Numbered from the stretch's first letter, positions 1 to 10,456 are shown. The stretch is 64,000 nt of DNA from Microcoleus sp. (GCA_042408215.1 JAYFMW010000030.1:192001-256000), one strand, 5' to 3'. The notes: a model not told the origin generated them from the letters alone. Program-made: numbers and translations.

Positions 1-95
1 AATTTTTCAAAATCCAATGGCTTCATCTGCATCATACCAGACATACTAGCCATTCTTCTCATCGGTGCAGTTTGATCAAAGTGCTCTGGGGGTAG
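1..95 (+). other. Possible 3' end of a RiPP precursor peptide gene, truncated by the window edge
   Basis: Frame 3 reads ...HHTRHTSHSSHRCSLIKVLWG* with His every third residue; frame 2 reads IFQNPMASSASYQTY*. Lies directly upstream of a hairpin and a radical SAM maturase. True frame uncertain. Confidence 0.45.
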
Positions 96-122
96 TCAAT
101 AACTGGCTATGTACAGAATACT

Positions 123-168
123 AATTAAATGGCTACTAATTACCTCAAGCAATAGTAGCCATTTAATT
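123..168 (+). terminator. 16-bp perfect inverted repeat (stem-loop) between the putative precursor and the radical SAM gene
   Basis: AATTAAATGGCTACTA (123-138) / TAGTAGCCATTTAATT (153-168). Confidence 0.6.
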
Positions 169-216
169 CTGGCATACATAATTTAAGTTTTGAACATATC
201 ATAGATTTATGGCTGA

Positions 217-1374
217 GTGTCCACACCCTTACATTCGCTGGTTTGTAAAGTAGTATCCCGTTGCAACCTTAACTGTGATTATTGCTATATGTATCAGCAT
301 AGCGATCAAAGTTGGCAACAGCAACCTTTGAAAATGTCTGAAGCAACTATTACACAATTAGGTAAGAGAATTGATGAACATACCACCAAACACCAAGTAT
401 CAGAATTTTCTGTAATCATGCACGGTGGAGAACCTCTCTTAGCAGGGATTAGACTATCTCAAAAATTTTCAAGAGATTATTACAGAAAGATGTGCCTAAT
501 GTTAAACTAGAGATTTGGCATGCAAACTAATGGTGTGTTGTTAAACGATGAAATCTTAGATTTCTGTGTTTCTAATAATACAACAATAGGTCTAAGTATG
601 GATGGCGATCGAGAAGCTAACGATTTGCATCGCTTAGATCATCAAGGTAAATCTGCATTTTCCAGTTTGGAAAAGACTCTTCAATTATTAAGTAGCGATC
701 GAGGACGGAAAATATGGGCAGGTTTTTTATGTGTGATCGATCTACATAACGATCCTGAAGCTGTATATTCTTATTTGTCACAATATAATCCTCCTTCGAT
801 TGATTTTTTGTTACCTTTAAATCACCATGACTTAAGACCTCTTGGTAAAGAAAAATCTCTTGATGTAACTCCTTATGCAGACTGGCTACTTAAGATTTTT
901 GATATTTGGTATCATCAAAAACCTCAAACAATCAAAATTAGGAAATTCAAGGAAATTATTTTACTAATGCTAGGATTGCAAGGAAATTCAGAAGAATGGG
1001 GTTTAAACCCTGTTGATTTTGCCGTTATTGAAACCAACGGTGATATTGAAGCCGTTGATTCTTTGAAAGTTACTTATCCCGAAGCTACCAAGTTAGGAAT
1101 GGATATATTTACCCACAGTTTTGATGAGATTTTTGACTCCCCAAAGGTTATTCAACGTCAAGAAAAGTGGCAATATTTGAGCGAAACTTGTCAAGAATGT
1201 AACTTAGTTAAAGTTTGTGGTGGTGGTTATCTTCCCCATAGATATTCTAGCGAAAATTACTTTCATAATCCATCAGTGTATTGTTCCGATCTCAAAAAAC
1301 TGATTACTACAATTCGCCGCCAAGTAATTGAAGATATGCAAACAATCAAGAAGAAAAAACTTCCTGCTGTTTAG
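217..1374 (+). pseudogene. FxsB-type radical SAM/SPASM peptide maturase (cyclophane-forming family), interrupted at ~445-511 by a real lesion or sequencing error
   Basis: CNLNCDYC, HGGEPLL, MQTNG, SMDG and C-terminal CQEC..VCGGGYLPHRY..NPSVYC. ORFs 217-510 and 520-1374 share a frame and are split by TAG 508-510; the intervening protein-like sequence walks through frames 2, 3 and 1. Confidence 0.85.
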
Positions 1375-1408
1375 TCAAACTTCGTCTTATTAAATTAGGG
1401 TTAGTGCA

Positions 1409-3253
1409 ATGAAGATCGAACTGGATATTAATACCGTCAAAAACTTAGTTTCTCCTACGGGGGCTTCCGATCCATTAGTTAAAGTAATTTACTTAGCAGA
1501 ATATCATAGAACTTTGCTAAGGTTAAGTAATCTCTCTCAAAAACTGCAATCAGAATCACCTAAGTTAATTGATGGTTTAACCAACTTTTCTCAATCTTTT
1601 GAGTTGGTAAAATCTTTTTCTAAAAATGCCCAAAGAAAGATTTTACGCCATCCATCTTTTAGCGTTTGGTTAGATACAGCTTGGCAATTAGTTAACCGAA
1701 AAGCTCATATTCTGTTTCCAGAAATGCACATTAAGTTTCATCTGGAATCTTTCCCAAAGTTTCTTTTAGCAATGGCAAAATATGACAATATAGAAAATTT
1801 AGAGTGTTTTTTATATACCGATCATGCTGGAATTATTGCCATACCCGGAACCGGAATTTATTTACAGCATCCTCAACATCTTGCCTTTCAAAGATTGCGT
1901 TTTGTTACCACAACTAACGCTGGTTTTAATATTTATACAGATGGAAATCAAAATTTAGAGATGATTCAAAATGAAATACCTCATCTCAATAACGGCATTG
2001 AATTAAATGCTTTTGATAGCGATTTACGTTTAGGTGGTCGCTACGATTTGAATTTTGAGGAATTAACACCAACTTCCACTATTAAATGGTTATCTAGTTT
2101 AGAGGAAGCTTGGTTTTGGATAGAGAGTTGTTCAACTTTATTAGCAAGTGAAATTTTCATGGGAGTACAATCTTTAGTTCCAGTACATTCTCATGCTATA
2201 GATGTTCATAGAAGTCAGACATTTCGAGAAATACCCGGACTTTTGATTTTATCTTGGATGTCAGATACCTCAGTAATAGTAGAAGCTTTAGTCCATGAAT
2301 ATCATCATCATAAACTTAATGCTTTATTAAATTTAGAGCCAATCATTGTAGAAGGTAGTCCAGAAGAAATTTATTATTCTCCTTGGCGTGACGATCCCCG
2401 ACCTCTCAGTGGTATTTTGCAGGGAATTTATGTCTTTCAAGCTGTTTTAGAATTGTGGCATAAAATTCTGAAAACAGATATACCTGTTTTACAAGAAAAG
2501 CGTTTGCAACAAAAAGTATATTCTGCTAAGAAGCAACTGCTAACTGCACTTAAAGTTTTAACAACTAATGCAGGATTTTCTTTGATTGGTCAAGCATTGA
2601 TTGAAGCAATAGAAGAAAATATCGATCGAGTTGAACCTGAAATTTCTCAAATAGAACAACAACAAATTGACCTGAGATTAAAAGAACATCAGCAGAAATG
2701 GGAAGCGGCAAATCCTAATTTAGTCGGCACAAAAATCTTGCCAATTAAAGTATCTGTTGATTTGGCAAAAAATGACAACAATACAATATTGAATCAATCA
2801 TGTCAATGGCTAGGAATTACACCAAATATTGATTTACGTCCCTTAACTTATCTGAGACAACCATTCGATCCAATTCTTGAGACTTTAGTAGCTATTTACC
2901 ACGATCGAGGCTTAAAAGAATTAGAAGACATATTAAAAGGAACTCAGTTGGGAGATTCAATTTTATTAGATTTAATATGTGGACATACAGCTTATCTTAA
3001 TCAAGACTATCAGAAAGCAGCAGAATTTTATCAAAGTTGTATTGAGCAATATCCTAATGCTCCTTATTTTTGGCAATGTTTTATGTTTGCATTGAGACAT
3101 TTAAACCTGTTAGAAGATTACGAATTAATCTTGCTTAACATAGATAAAATTGTTGCTAATAGTTTAGAAATCAAAAAAATAATCAGGCAAAACTCAAACC
3201 CTGAAAATAAAGTTCAAATGATGGTTAAATTAGTTAAAACATTAGTTAATTAA
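1409..3253 (+). CDS. HExxH-domain protein (aKG-dependent peptide beta-hydroxylase family) with a C-terminal TPR-like region
   Basis: EALVHEYHHHKL and YYSPWRDDPRPLSGILQGIY motifs; TPR-like YQKAAEFYQSCIEQYPNAPYFW; adjacent to an FxsB-type rSAM. Confidence 0.85.
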   Translation: MKIELDINTVKNLVSPTGASDPLVKVIYLAEYHRTLLRLSNLSQKLQSESPKLIDGLTNFSQSFELVKSFSKNAQRKILRHPSFSVWLDTAWQLVNRKAHILFPEMHIKFHLESFPKFLLAMAKYDNIENLECFLYTDHAGIIAIPGTGIYLQHPQHLAFQRLRFVTTTNAGFNIYTDGNQNLEMIQNEIPHLNNGIELNAFDSDLRLGGRYDLNFEELTPTSTIKWLSSLEEAWFWIESCSTLLASEIFMGVQSLVPVHSHAIDVHRSQTFREIPGLLILSWMSDTSVIVEALVHEYHHHKLNALLNLEPIIVEGSPEEIYYSPWRDDPRPLSGILQGIYVFQAVLELWHKILKTDIPVLQEKRLQQKVYSAKKQLLTALKVLTTNAGFSLIGQALIEAIEENIDRVEPEISQIEQQQIDLRLKEHQQKWEAANPNLVGTKILPIKVSVDLAKNDNNTILNQSCQWLGITPNIDLRPLTYLRQPFDPILETLVAIYHDRGLKELEDILKGTQLGDSILLDLICGHTAYLNQDYQKAAEFYQSCIEQYPNAPYFWQCFMFALRHLNLLEDYELILLNIDKIVANSLEIKKIIRQNSNPENKVQMMVKLVKTLVN

Positions 3254-3260
3254 AACTTTT

Positions 3261-4232
3261 ATGAATACAGCAAGTTTGAGCAAACACTTAGTAAATAGTC
3301 CTTTTAGCAAATACTTTGAGATATTTCCTGATGGGGGACAATTACCTTCTTTTATTGCTACTGTCAAAGGGTTAAAATCGGCAACAGATTTATGGGTGCA
3401 AAAGCCCAAATGGAAATCTTTTTGTGAATTAGCTCAATATTTTGGCTTGTATTATTATGTAGATGCTTATTTTTATCGAGACATGGGAAAATTAAACAGT
3501 TTACCTCAAGAGTTATTTACTACAACTAAAGCTGTTTTTAGTAAAGAGTTTTCTGAGGAAGCTCATGTTTTTATTGCTAAGTCACAAGATGCTTTAACAA
3601 ATGCAATTGCTTCAGGATGGTATCCTTTAGTTGTCGGTCAAAGAGTAATTGAAAAACATTTACCAGACCATTATACTTTTGGAAAAGCACTAGGTTATCC
3701 TCAATGTTGTCTTGATTTTTTTCAAAAGCGAAATCATTGGAATTTTTATAATAATTACTATGAAACTTATCGCAATACGATTAACAAACCTACATATTTA
3801 TCAAATGGATTGTTACGTCATACTCCATTTTCACTAATTCCCCACATACCTTGTTCTTTTGATTGTCAAGCATCTATCCAATATGCTCAAAAAAATCGCC
3901 TTCTAATTAATGAGGAGAGCCAAGAATATTTAGAAGAAATAGAACATCATTTGCAAACACCAATTTTATGTCTGTCAGAACTTAAGATTTATCGTTTTGA
4001 AGGTAAAATTGTTGCTGAAAATATAGTCAACTATCAATCTGTAGAGGGAATATATCCTACATCACAAAATGATTGGCTATATCAAATACTTGTTAAAGGT
4101 GATACTTGTATTATTGAGGGGAATATTATTAGAGTCTACCGAGACAATTCTCAGATCAGTGCTTATTTTGCTAGAGGTGATAAACATGAAGTAGAGATTC
4201 CATTTTTGATGGATTTTTCCCAAGAGACTTAA
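3261..4232 (+). CDS. DUF483-like protein with Cys/His motifs, function unknown
   Basis: GKALGYPQCCLDFF and HIPCSFDC motifs; starts 7 bp after the upstream stop. Confidence 0.6.
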   Translation: MNTASLSKHLVNSPFSKYFEIFPDGGQLPSFIATVKGLKSATDLWVQKPKWKSFCELAQYFGLYYYVDAYFYRDMGKLNSLPQELFTTTKAVFSKEFSEEAHVFIAKSQDALTNAIASGWYPLVVGQRVIEKHLPDHYTFGKALGYPQCCLDFFQKRNHWNFYNNYYETYRNTINKPTYLSNGLLRHTPFSLIPHIPCSFDCQASIQYAQKNRLLINEESQEYLEEIEHHLQTPILCLSELKIYRFEGKIVAENIVNYQSVEGIYPTSQNDWLYQILVKGDTCIIEGNIIRVYRDNSQISAYFARGDKHEVEIPFLMDFSQET

Positions 4233-4318
4233 TTGACAAAATAGGCATTCTTAAAAACATTTTAGTGAGGAGCATAGAAGATGTATACTTTAGTTTTAAT
4301 TAGACGAGGATTAATCTA

Positions 4319-5119
4319 ATGAATCTTGTAGAAAGAATTATTAACAATATTCAAGAAAAAGACTTACAATATATTCTTGATTTAGAAAAAGAGATTTTGA
4401 ATTCTAAATTAACTTTAGATCGAAATTTGTTAATAGATGTGGAGGATCAAAAAACCGCCCAACGATATTTCTATCTTTATACACTACCTATGTTAGAAGG
4501 ACTAGGATTATTAGAGCAACAGGAAAATGCTATTTTTTGGGGGACTGTGCAATTATGTTTAGATTTACATCTCAGATATGTGGATTACATCATAGATGAT
4601 GATAAAATAGACATAAGCAGATTATTAATTACGCAAAAATCTTATGATTATTTATTCCGATCGCAAATGCTACTAAATCAAAAAGGCTATTTGTGGGGTT
4701 CCGATCAAATGGCTATTTATACCCAATATTTTGACTACGAGAAGGAGGCAAATACCGAGCAATTTCATGATTTTGGTAGCCTATGGAGACGAGTATCTCC
4801 TCTATTCATTGTTTCTGGAAGTTACTTAAAATTATCTGGTAAAATAGTTGATTTTGATTTTTATTACAAACGATATATAAGTTCTTGGCTGCTCAAAGCA
4901 GATTGCTCGGATATTATTAAGGATATTAATAAACAAAAAACCCCGATTACCAACTTAGTATATAATTACGATGCTCAAATTGATAAAAATGTCATGTTAA
5001 TGGCCAACACAGTTAACTCTATTGATGTCAAACTCGATCGAGGTTTAACTCAAATAAAAAACCACATATCTAACAAACTTCCAATATGGGCAATAATTAT
5101 TGAAAGTTTGTTGTCTTAA
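4319..5119 (+). CDS. Class I isoprenoid-synthase-fold protein, possible prenyltransferase
   Basis: Asp-rich YVDYIIDDD and second acidic motif LKADCSDIIKD; helical-looking 266 aa; GAGG RBS upstream. Confidence 0.5.
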   Translation: MNLVERIINNIQEKDLQYILDLEKEILNSKLTLDRNLLIDVEDQKTAQRYFYLYTLPMLEGLGLLEQQENAIFWGTVQLCLDLHLRYVDYIIDDDKIDISRLLITQKSYDYLFRSQMLLNQKGYLWGSDQMAIYTQYFDYEKEANTEQFHDFGSLWRRVSPLFIVSGSYLKLSGKIVDFDFYYKRYISSWLLKADCSDIIKDINKQKTPITNLVYNYDAQIDKNVMLMANTVNSIDVKLDRGLTQIKNHISNKLPIWAIIIESLLS

Positions 5120-5150
5120 AGTTTCCATAATATTCCTAAAGAATTACCTG

Positions 5151-5319
5151 TAATACCAATTTAATAGGTCGTTGCATATATTTCGATCCCCCTAAATCCC
5201 CCTTAATAAGGGAGTAGGGTGTGAGTAGGGGTTGACTTTGACCACCCTCTTGTCCCCCCCTTATTAAGGGGGGTTAGGGGGGATCAGATTCTATGCAGCC
5301 TCATAAAAAATTGGTATAA
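5151..5319. mobile_element. MITE with ATACCAAT terminal inverted repeats and a GATCCCCC...GGGGGATC core
   Basis: TAATACCAAT...ATTGGTATAA; reverse-oriented relative at 24834-25002. Confidence 0.7.
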
Positions 5320-5830
5320 GGGGGCATGGAAACCGACAAGCAAGGCGCGTCAATGCTTCGGCAGTCCAAAAGTCATATCAAATCCGTTGGCATCGGAATT
5401 ATTCATCTCTCAGGACTTACGCATTGTAACTGTGTGGCAAGGGTTTGAGATTCTTCGGTTCCCTCAGAATGACATAATTAGGTTATTAGTGCCTCCAGGA
5501 CTATCTCTCTCTTCTCTTCCTCTGCGGTCTCTGCGGTCTCTGCAGAGTTAAATCATTCCGAAACAACCGTAAACGAGATCGCTCAGACTTGTTTCATCAT
5601 GTCACCACAGGCGATACTGTCCAAGTTTTTCTCTTCAAGGTGAAGAAAACAAAGCATAATAGATCAAACTTACTGAGAGTGGAATCGTTAAACTGCACAC
5701 CACACTTCGGAGAAAAGCCGTGATGTTAGCAGAAAATAAGAGATTAACGGAGAAAAACCCCAGCAGGTCGGTGAAATTAAATTTCGATCGCCTGGGCGAA
5801 ACTCGGATCAAAGATAAATTCGGTTTATTT

Positions 5831-7552
5831 ATGCCCCTAAACTTAGAACAAAGCGATCGCAAAGTCAATCGATCGCGAAGCAAAGGTTTAAGTTCTTGGC
5901 TGATGCTCGTCTTTACCAGCGCTGCCTTTTTCTTGCCTCAACCGTCAGTGACCACCGCCCAGACTCCCCCCGCACAGCTCCTTGCTCAGGCGCAGCAGAG
6001 CGACATTAACATACTGTACGTCAGCTCGTCAGGCGGCAGTGACCAGGCGGGTAACGGGAGCGATCGAGATCCGTTCAAAACCCTTACCTACGCCTTGAGC
6101 GTCGCCCCGCCCAATACAGCAATTTTACTAGCCCCCGGTATCTACAGCGCTCAAACTGGCGAGCAATTTCCGATCGTACTCAAGCCCAGGGTGACTGTTC
6201 AGGGAAATCCCAACAATCGCGGCCAAAATATTGCGATCAAAGGCGGAGGAGAGTTTCTCAGTCCGACTTCGGCTGGTCAAAATATCGCGATTTTAGGGGC
6301 AGACGGGGCCGGACTCAGGGGGGTGACGGTGACAAATACCAATTATCGGGGTTACGGTTTGTGGATCGAATCGAGTTCTCCGATCGTTGTCAACAATACT
6401 TTTTCCGGCAGCACTCACGACGGAATTTCAGTGGTAGGGACTTCCCAGCCGACAATCAGCCAGAATTTTTTCTCGAAAAATGGAGCTAATGGCATCACAA
6501 TTTTTGGCAGTTCGAGACCAGAAGTTCGAGAGAATGTGTTTGAAAACACGGGATTTGGGGTGAATGTAGCTCAGAATGCTGCTCCTCTGTTGATTGGTAA
6601 TCAGATTACTCGCAATCAGGATGGCGTGGTGGTGCAAGCTGAGGCTAGACCGGTGCTGCGTCACAATTATATCGAGAGGAACCAGCGGGATGGAATTGTG
6701 GCGATCGCCCAATCGCTCCCGGATTTAGGAACTGTGGCGGAACCGGGAGGGAATGTAATTCGCAACAACGGCCAGCACGATGTCAACAATGCAGCCAAAG
6801 GTCAAGTGATCTCGGCTTACGGGAATCAATTGTTGAGTAACCGCACGGTGGGCGGAGTTGATGTAGGGGGAACTTTTAGCCCCCCGCCATCCATTAGCCG
6901 CCATGCTGTACAGTTAGTTACCGATCGACCCCCCAGAAGCTCCGGCCCAGAAAGTTCTCTTCCTGCTTACACTCCAGGCCCCCTAACTCCTAGGACTCAA
7001 AGAGCACCGATTTCGCCAAGAGTCCAAAATCAACGGGCACCGCGCAACATTCAGTTGCGCCCTCTTCTGACTCCCAGGAATGTCAATGCTTCGCCTGCTG
7101 CGACAGGGGCGATCGAAATTCCCGTGCCGAATCCAGATGCTCGATCGGTTCCAGAAATTTCGGTGCCGCAGCCAGTCCCTCCCAATTTTGAGAGTTCAAC
7201 TCCGGTTTCTGTCGAGGGTAGATTGCCGGTTCCGAGTCGCAACATTCCTCTGGGAAGGGGCGGCTACGTACCCACTGCTTTAGGGGGGAATTCTTTGTCC
7301 GACTCCGGGGAGAATGCGCCGTCACTCGATCGCGCCAGAGCTTTGGGTTTCCGGTATCGGGTTGTGGTAGATGCCGATAGTCAGGGCGCGAGAGCCAAGA
7401 CGCAATCTCTGGTTCCCGATGCTTTTCGCAGTTTTAGTAATGGGCGATCGGTCATCCAAGTCGGTGCTTTTCTGGAACGCGAAAAAGCTGATGAATTAGC
7501 ACAAATGCTCAGCCAAAACGGTTTGAATGTGCGAATTGAAGATATCAAATAG
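5831..7552 (+). CDS. DUF1565 / parallel beta-helix protein with a Pro-rich linker and a C-terminal SPOR-like domain
   Basis: LYVSSSGGSD..G..PFKTLTYAL..PGIYS motif, repeated NxFxxN..GI beta-helix units, C-terminal IQVGAF..A. Start uncertain (GTG 5720 possible). Confidence 0.75.
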   Translation: MPLNLEQSDRKVNRSRSKGLSSWLMLVFTSAAFFLPQPSVTTAQTPPAQLLAQAQQSDINILYVSSSGGSDQAGNGSDRDPFKTLTYALSVAPPNTAILLAPGIYSAQTGEQFPIVLKPRVTVQGNPNNRGQNIAIKGGGEFLSPTSAGQNIAILGADGAGLRGVTVTNTNYRGYGLWIESSSPIVVNNTFSGSTHDGISVVGTSQPTISQNFFSKNGANGITIFGSSRPEVRENVFENTGFGVNVAQNAAPLLIGNQITRNQDGVVVQAEARPVLRHNYIERNQRDGIVAIAQSLPDLGTVAEPGGNVIRNNGQHDVNNAAKGQVISAYGNQLLSNRTVGGVDVGGTFSPPPSISRHAVQLVTDRPPRSSGPESSLPAYTPGPLTPRTQRAPISPRVQNQRAPRNIQLRPLLTPRNVNASPAATGAIEIPVPNPDARSVPEISVPQPVPPNFESSTPVSVEGRLPVPSRNIPLGRGGYVPTALGGNSLSDSGENAPSLDRARALGFRYRVVVDADSQGARAKTQSLVPDAFRSFSNGRSVIQVGAFLEREKADELAQMLSQNGLNVRIEDIK

Positions 7553-7786
7553 TTATTAGTTCTTGGGAATTGGGAATTGGGCATTGGAACTAACAACCAA
7601 CCAATAACTAATAACTAATAACTCATAACCAATAACCGTTAACCCACAAATTTTGAGGGCCTAGCAACCGGATTGCAAGACCCTCAAAATTTTGTAATTT
7701 GAGTTGATTCAAGTTGATTTGAGCTAAGCTGACTTGAGCAATCTACGAGTAAAGGTGGACTTTTTGAGCAACTACTTTGTTCTGAG

Positions 7787-9141
7787 TTGACACTCCTCGG
7801 CCTGAAGGCACTCTTGATTCTTGGTTCAGTCAGTCGGCTTGCCCGTTGATGTTACCACCAACGAGTAGAGGTCGTTCTGTCCCCAAGCGTTAATTTCGGT
7901 GTGCCCCACCGTATTTAGATTGATTCCTGTTTGTTTTAATCCTTTTGCTAGAATATTCAGAGCTGCATTGTGGTCACGGTCTAATACCGCCCCACATCCG
8001 CAAATATGGGTTCTAGTTGATAGCGTTTTCTTAACTAGATTCCCACAACTTGAACAATCTTGGGAAGTGTACTGAGGAGCAACAGCAACTACTGTTTTAC
8101 CGTACACTTTCCCCAAGTATTGCAACCATTGAGCAAACTGCGACCAAGCTGCATCACTAATTGATTTAGCAAGCTTATGGTTTTTCACCATATTCCGCAC
8201 CTGAAGGTTTTCGTAGGCTACGAAATCGTTAGATTTCACTACGCACAACGCCATCTTAATGGCGTTGTCTTTGCGTTGCCTACTGACTTTTAGGTGTTTC
8301 CTTCCTAACTTATTGATTGCTTTTTTGCGATTACTAGAACCTTTCTTTTTCCGAGAAACTCGTTTCTGTAACCGCTTTAAAGCTTTTTCACTTTTACGGA
8401 GATGTCGAGGATTAGAAACTGTTTCTCCGGTGCTATCAGTGTAGAAATGGTTTAAACCCACATCCAACCCTACGGCTTTGCCAGTAGGAATTGTTTCCTC
8501 TGTCCGTTCCACGTTGATACAAAACTGAGCGTAGTAGCCATCGGCACGACGAACTATCCTGATTCGCTTAATTTCACCAGGTGCATAGAAGTGCAAATCT
8601 CGACTACCAAGTAGCCTAAATGTTCCAGCGGCAAAATCATCCGTGAAAGTTAAACATCTTTTGTCGGCAGAAAGCTTCCAACCTGAAGTCTTATATTCTA
8701 CAGAACGGGTGTGTTTCTTAAACTGCGGGTAGCCCTTTTTTCCTGGCTTCTTAGTTTTACAATTTGAGAAAAAACGTTGGATAGCAAAAATGGCGCGTTC
8801 AGCAGAAGCTTGACGTGCCATCGAGTTAAGTTTTCCTGCCCATTCAAACTATGAGGCCATGATGGCGCATTGTTTGTATAGATCAACTAACTTAACTACT
8901 TGATTGTCGATCCAATATCTAAGAGTTTTGTTTCGGACAAATTGCGCTGTGCGGATCATTTCGTCGATAATCCGATATTGCTGCGATTTGCCTTTTAATT
9001 TAAACTCTAGTACAATCATGCTATTATTCTATCGTTTTTGCAGAGCATTGTATTCGCAAAGTGCATATATTTAAGAATTGTTTACACTTTATAGAAATTA
9101 AAGCCGTCCTAGAAGGACGGGGCTTTAGACCCAAATTTTTG
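7787..9141 (-). mobile_element. IS200/IS605-family element carrying tnpB only (no tnpA)
   Basis: Left end TTAC|CAAAAATTTGGGTCTAAAGCCCCGTCCTTCTAGGACGGC; right end ...GGAGTGTCAA; encloses tnpB. Confidence 0.85.
7826..9019 (-). pseudogene. tnpB: TnpB RNA-guided endonuclease with an in-frame TAG at codon 57
   Basis: ATG at 9019 (MIVLEFKLKGK...) is in frame with ORF 7826-8821; TAG at 8851-8849; RuvC motifs GLDVGL, AYENL, DRDHNAA and a Cys zinc finger. Confidence 0.85.
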
Positions 9142-9473
9142 GTAAGTATCAGCGGAGTCTATTCAGACTTCTGTGTTTGATTGCCCGATCGCACATTTCG
9201 ATTAATCCAATAGTCTCTGACTATCTCACGAATCTCGATCGCCATGTCAACCTTGAGCGTGCCAACACCCTACACCATGCAACTGTTGCCTGAGAACCAG
9301 AGCCGACGAGGACAAACACTCTAATTCCCAATTGTTGGCTCCAAGTTTTTTGTGCTGCTTGGTTATGTCCTTCATGCTCTTAAAATAGCACAAACTTCCC
9401 GCACAACAACACTTTCTTTACCAAACTTGATACTTTTTGATATTTTGAAATACTTCCGCCAAAAACATAACAA

Positions 9474-9616
9474 CCAGCTCCCCGACTGAGCCGAAGTTGT
9501 CGGGGAGCTAAGGCGCGATCGCTATGCATCTCCTTGGTGTCGTGACCGAAGTAACGTAGCCATCAAAGGCTAAGACTGGCTATTTCTCCACAGACTGTAC
9601 TGGTTGTCCAGCGTTG
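9474..9616 (-). ncRNA. Truncated HEARO/IscB omegaRNA-like remnant
   Basis: Minus strand CCAGT..CTACGTTACTTCGGTCACGACACC..GATGC matches CCAGC..CTACGTTATTTGAGTCAAGACACC..GATGC at ~38758-38810; ends in hairpin AGCTCCCCGAC..GTCGGGGAGCT. Confidence 0.45.
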
Positions 9617-10333
9617 TCAGTGTTTAGCGGATAGCCACAAAGCTTCCCAAGTTGCGGCCCCGACTATACCGTCGGCTGGTAATTGATATTGCCGCTGAGC
9701 CGCCTTGACAGCAGTTTGGGTTTCCCGGCCAAATACTCCATCCGCACTCGATCGCAAAAATCCCTTGGCCCGCAGTCGCTCTTGCAAATCCCTAACAGTT
9801 TCCCCGCGCATTCCTCTTTTCAAAACGGGAAAATTTGCAGGCGCCAATTGGGGGTTAATCTCAGAGTTGTCAACAGCAGTTGCAGGAGGGTTGACACTCG
9901 CGCTGCTTGACGCCGGAAACAGCCGATTCCAAGTATCTTGACCCACTATACCGTCAGGAGCCAGGCCGGCAGCTTCCTGAAATTTAGACACGGCCTTGGC
10001 GGTGCTTTGTGAAAAAATGCCGTCTACAGTGTCAGAGTACAATCCCAATAACTTAAGAGCAGCTTGGAGTTCGATCACTTCCGAGCCCCGACTGCCCAAT
10101 TTGAGCGCTGGGCGAGCGATCGCACCGATTTGGACGATGGGGGTGTTGCTGTTGTCGGTATCAGAGGTAGGAAGCTTTGCAGCATTAGCAGTAGGGGCGA
10201 TCGCACCAGCCAATAAACCGCACAAGCTCCAGCCCAGCAGCCGACTCGGAACCTTGCGGGCCCCCTTCCACCTTACTGTCTGGTTTCGGAGCATCAGAAA
10301 TTTGACCTTTGCAAAACTGGTGCGATCGTACAT
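9617..10333 (-). CDS. Peptidoglycan-binding domain protein (two PG_binding_1 repeats)
   Basis: LKLGSRG..V..LQ..L..LG..DGIF...T..AV..FQ...GL..DGIVG..TW occurs twice; signal-like segment. Start trimmed to exclude the STRR-derived extension; ATG 10294 also possible. Confidence 0.85.
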   Translation of the reverse strand: MYDRTSFAKVKFLMLRNQTVRWKGARKVPSRLLGWSLCGLLAGAIAPTANAAKLPTSDTDNSNTPIVQIGAIARPALKLGSRGSEVIELQAALKLLGLYSDTVDGIFSQSTAKAVSKFQEAAGLAPDGIVGQDTWNRLFPASSSASVNPPATAVDNSEINPQLAPANFPVLKRGMRGETVRDLQERLRAKGFLRSSADGVFGRETQTAVKAAQRQYQLPADGIVGAATWEALWLSAKH

Positions 10334-10350
10334 CAAATCAGGGAAAATTT

Positions 10351-10456
10351 GGGAATTGGGAATTGGGAATTGGGAATTGGGAATTGGGAATTGGGAATTG
10401 GGAATTGGGAATTGGGCATTGGGAATTGGGCATTGGGCATTGGGCATTGGGCATTC
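10351..10456. repeat. STRR heptamer tract (GGGAATT/GGGCATT)n
   Basis: About 15 tandem 7-mers; related tracts at ~7565-7590 and ~17730-17808. Confidence 0.9.

Noticed and set aside
9150..9420. Short minus-strand ORFs next to the IS left end
   Set aside because: No recognisable motif or RBS, and several frames are equally weak.
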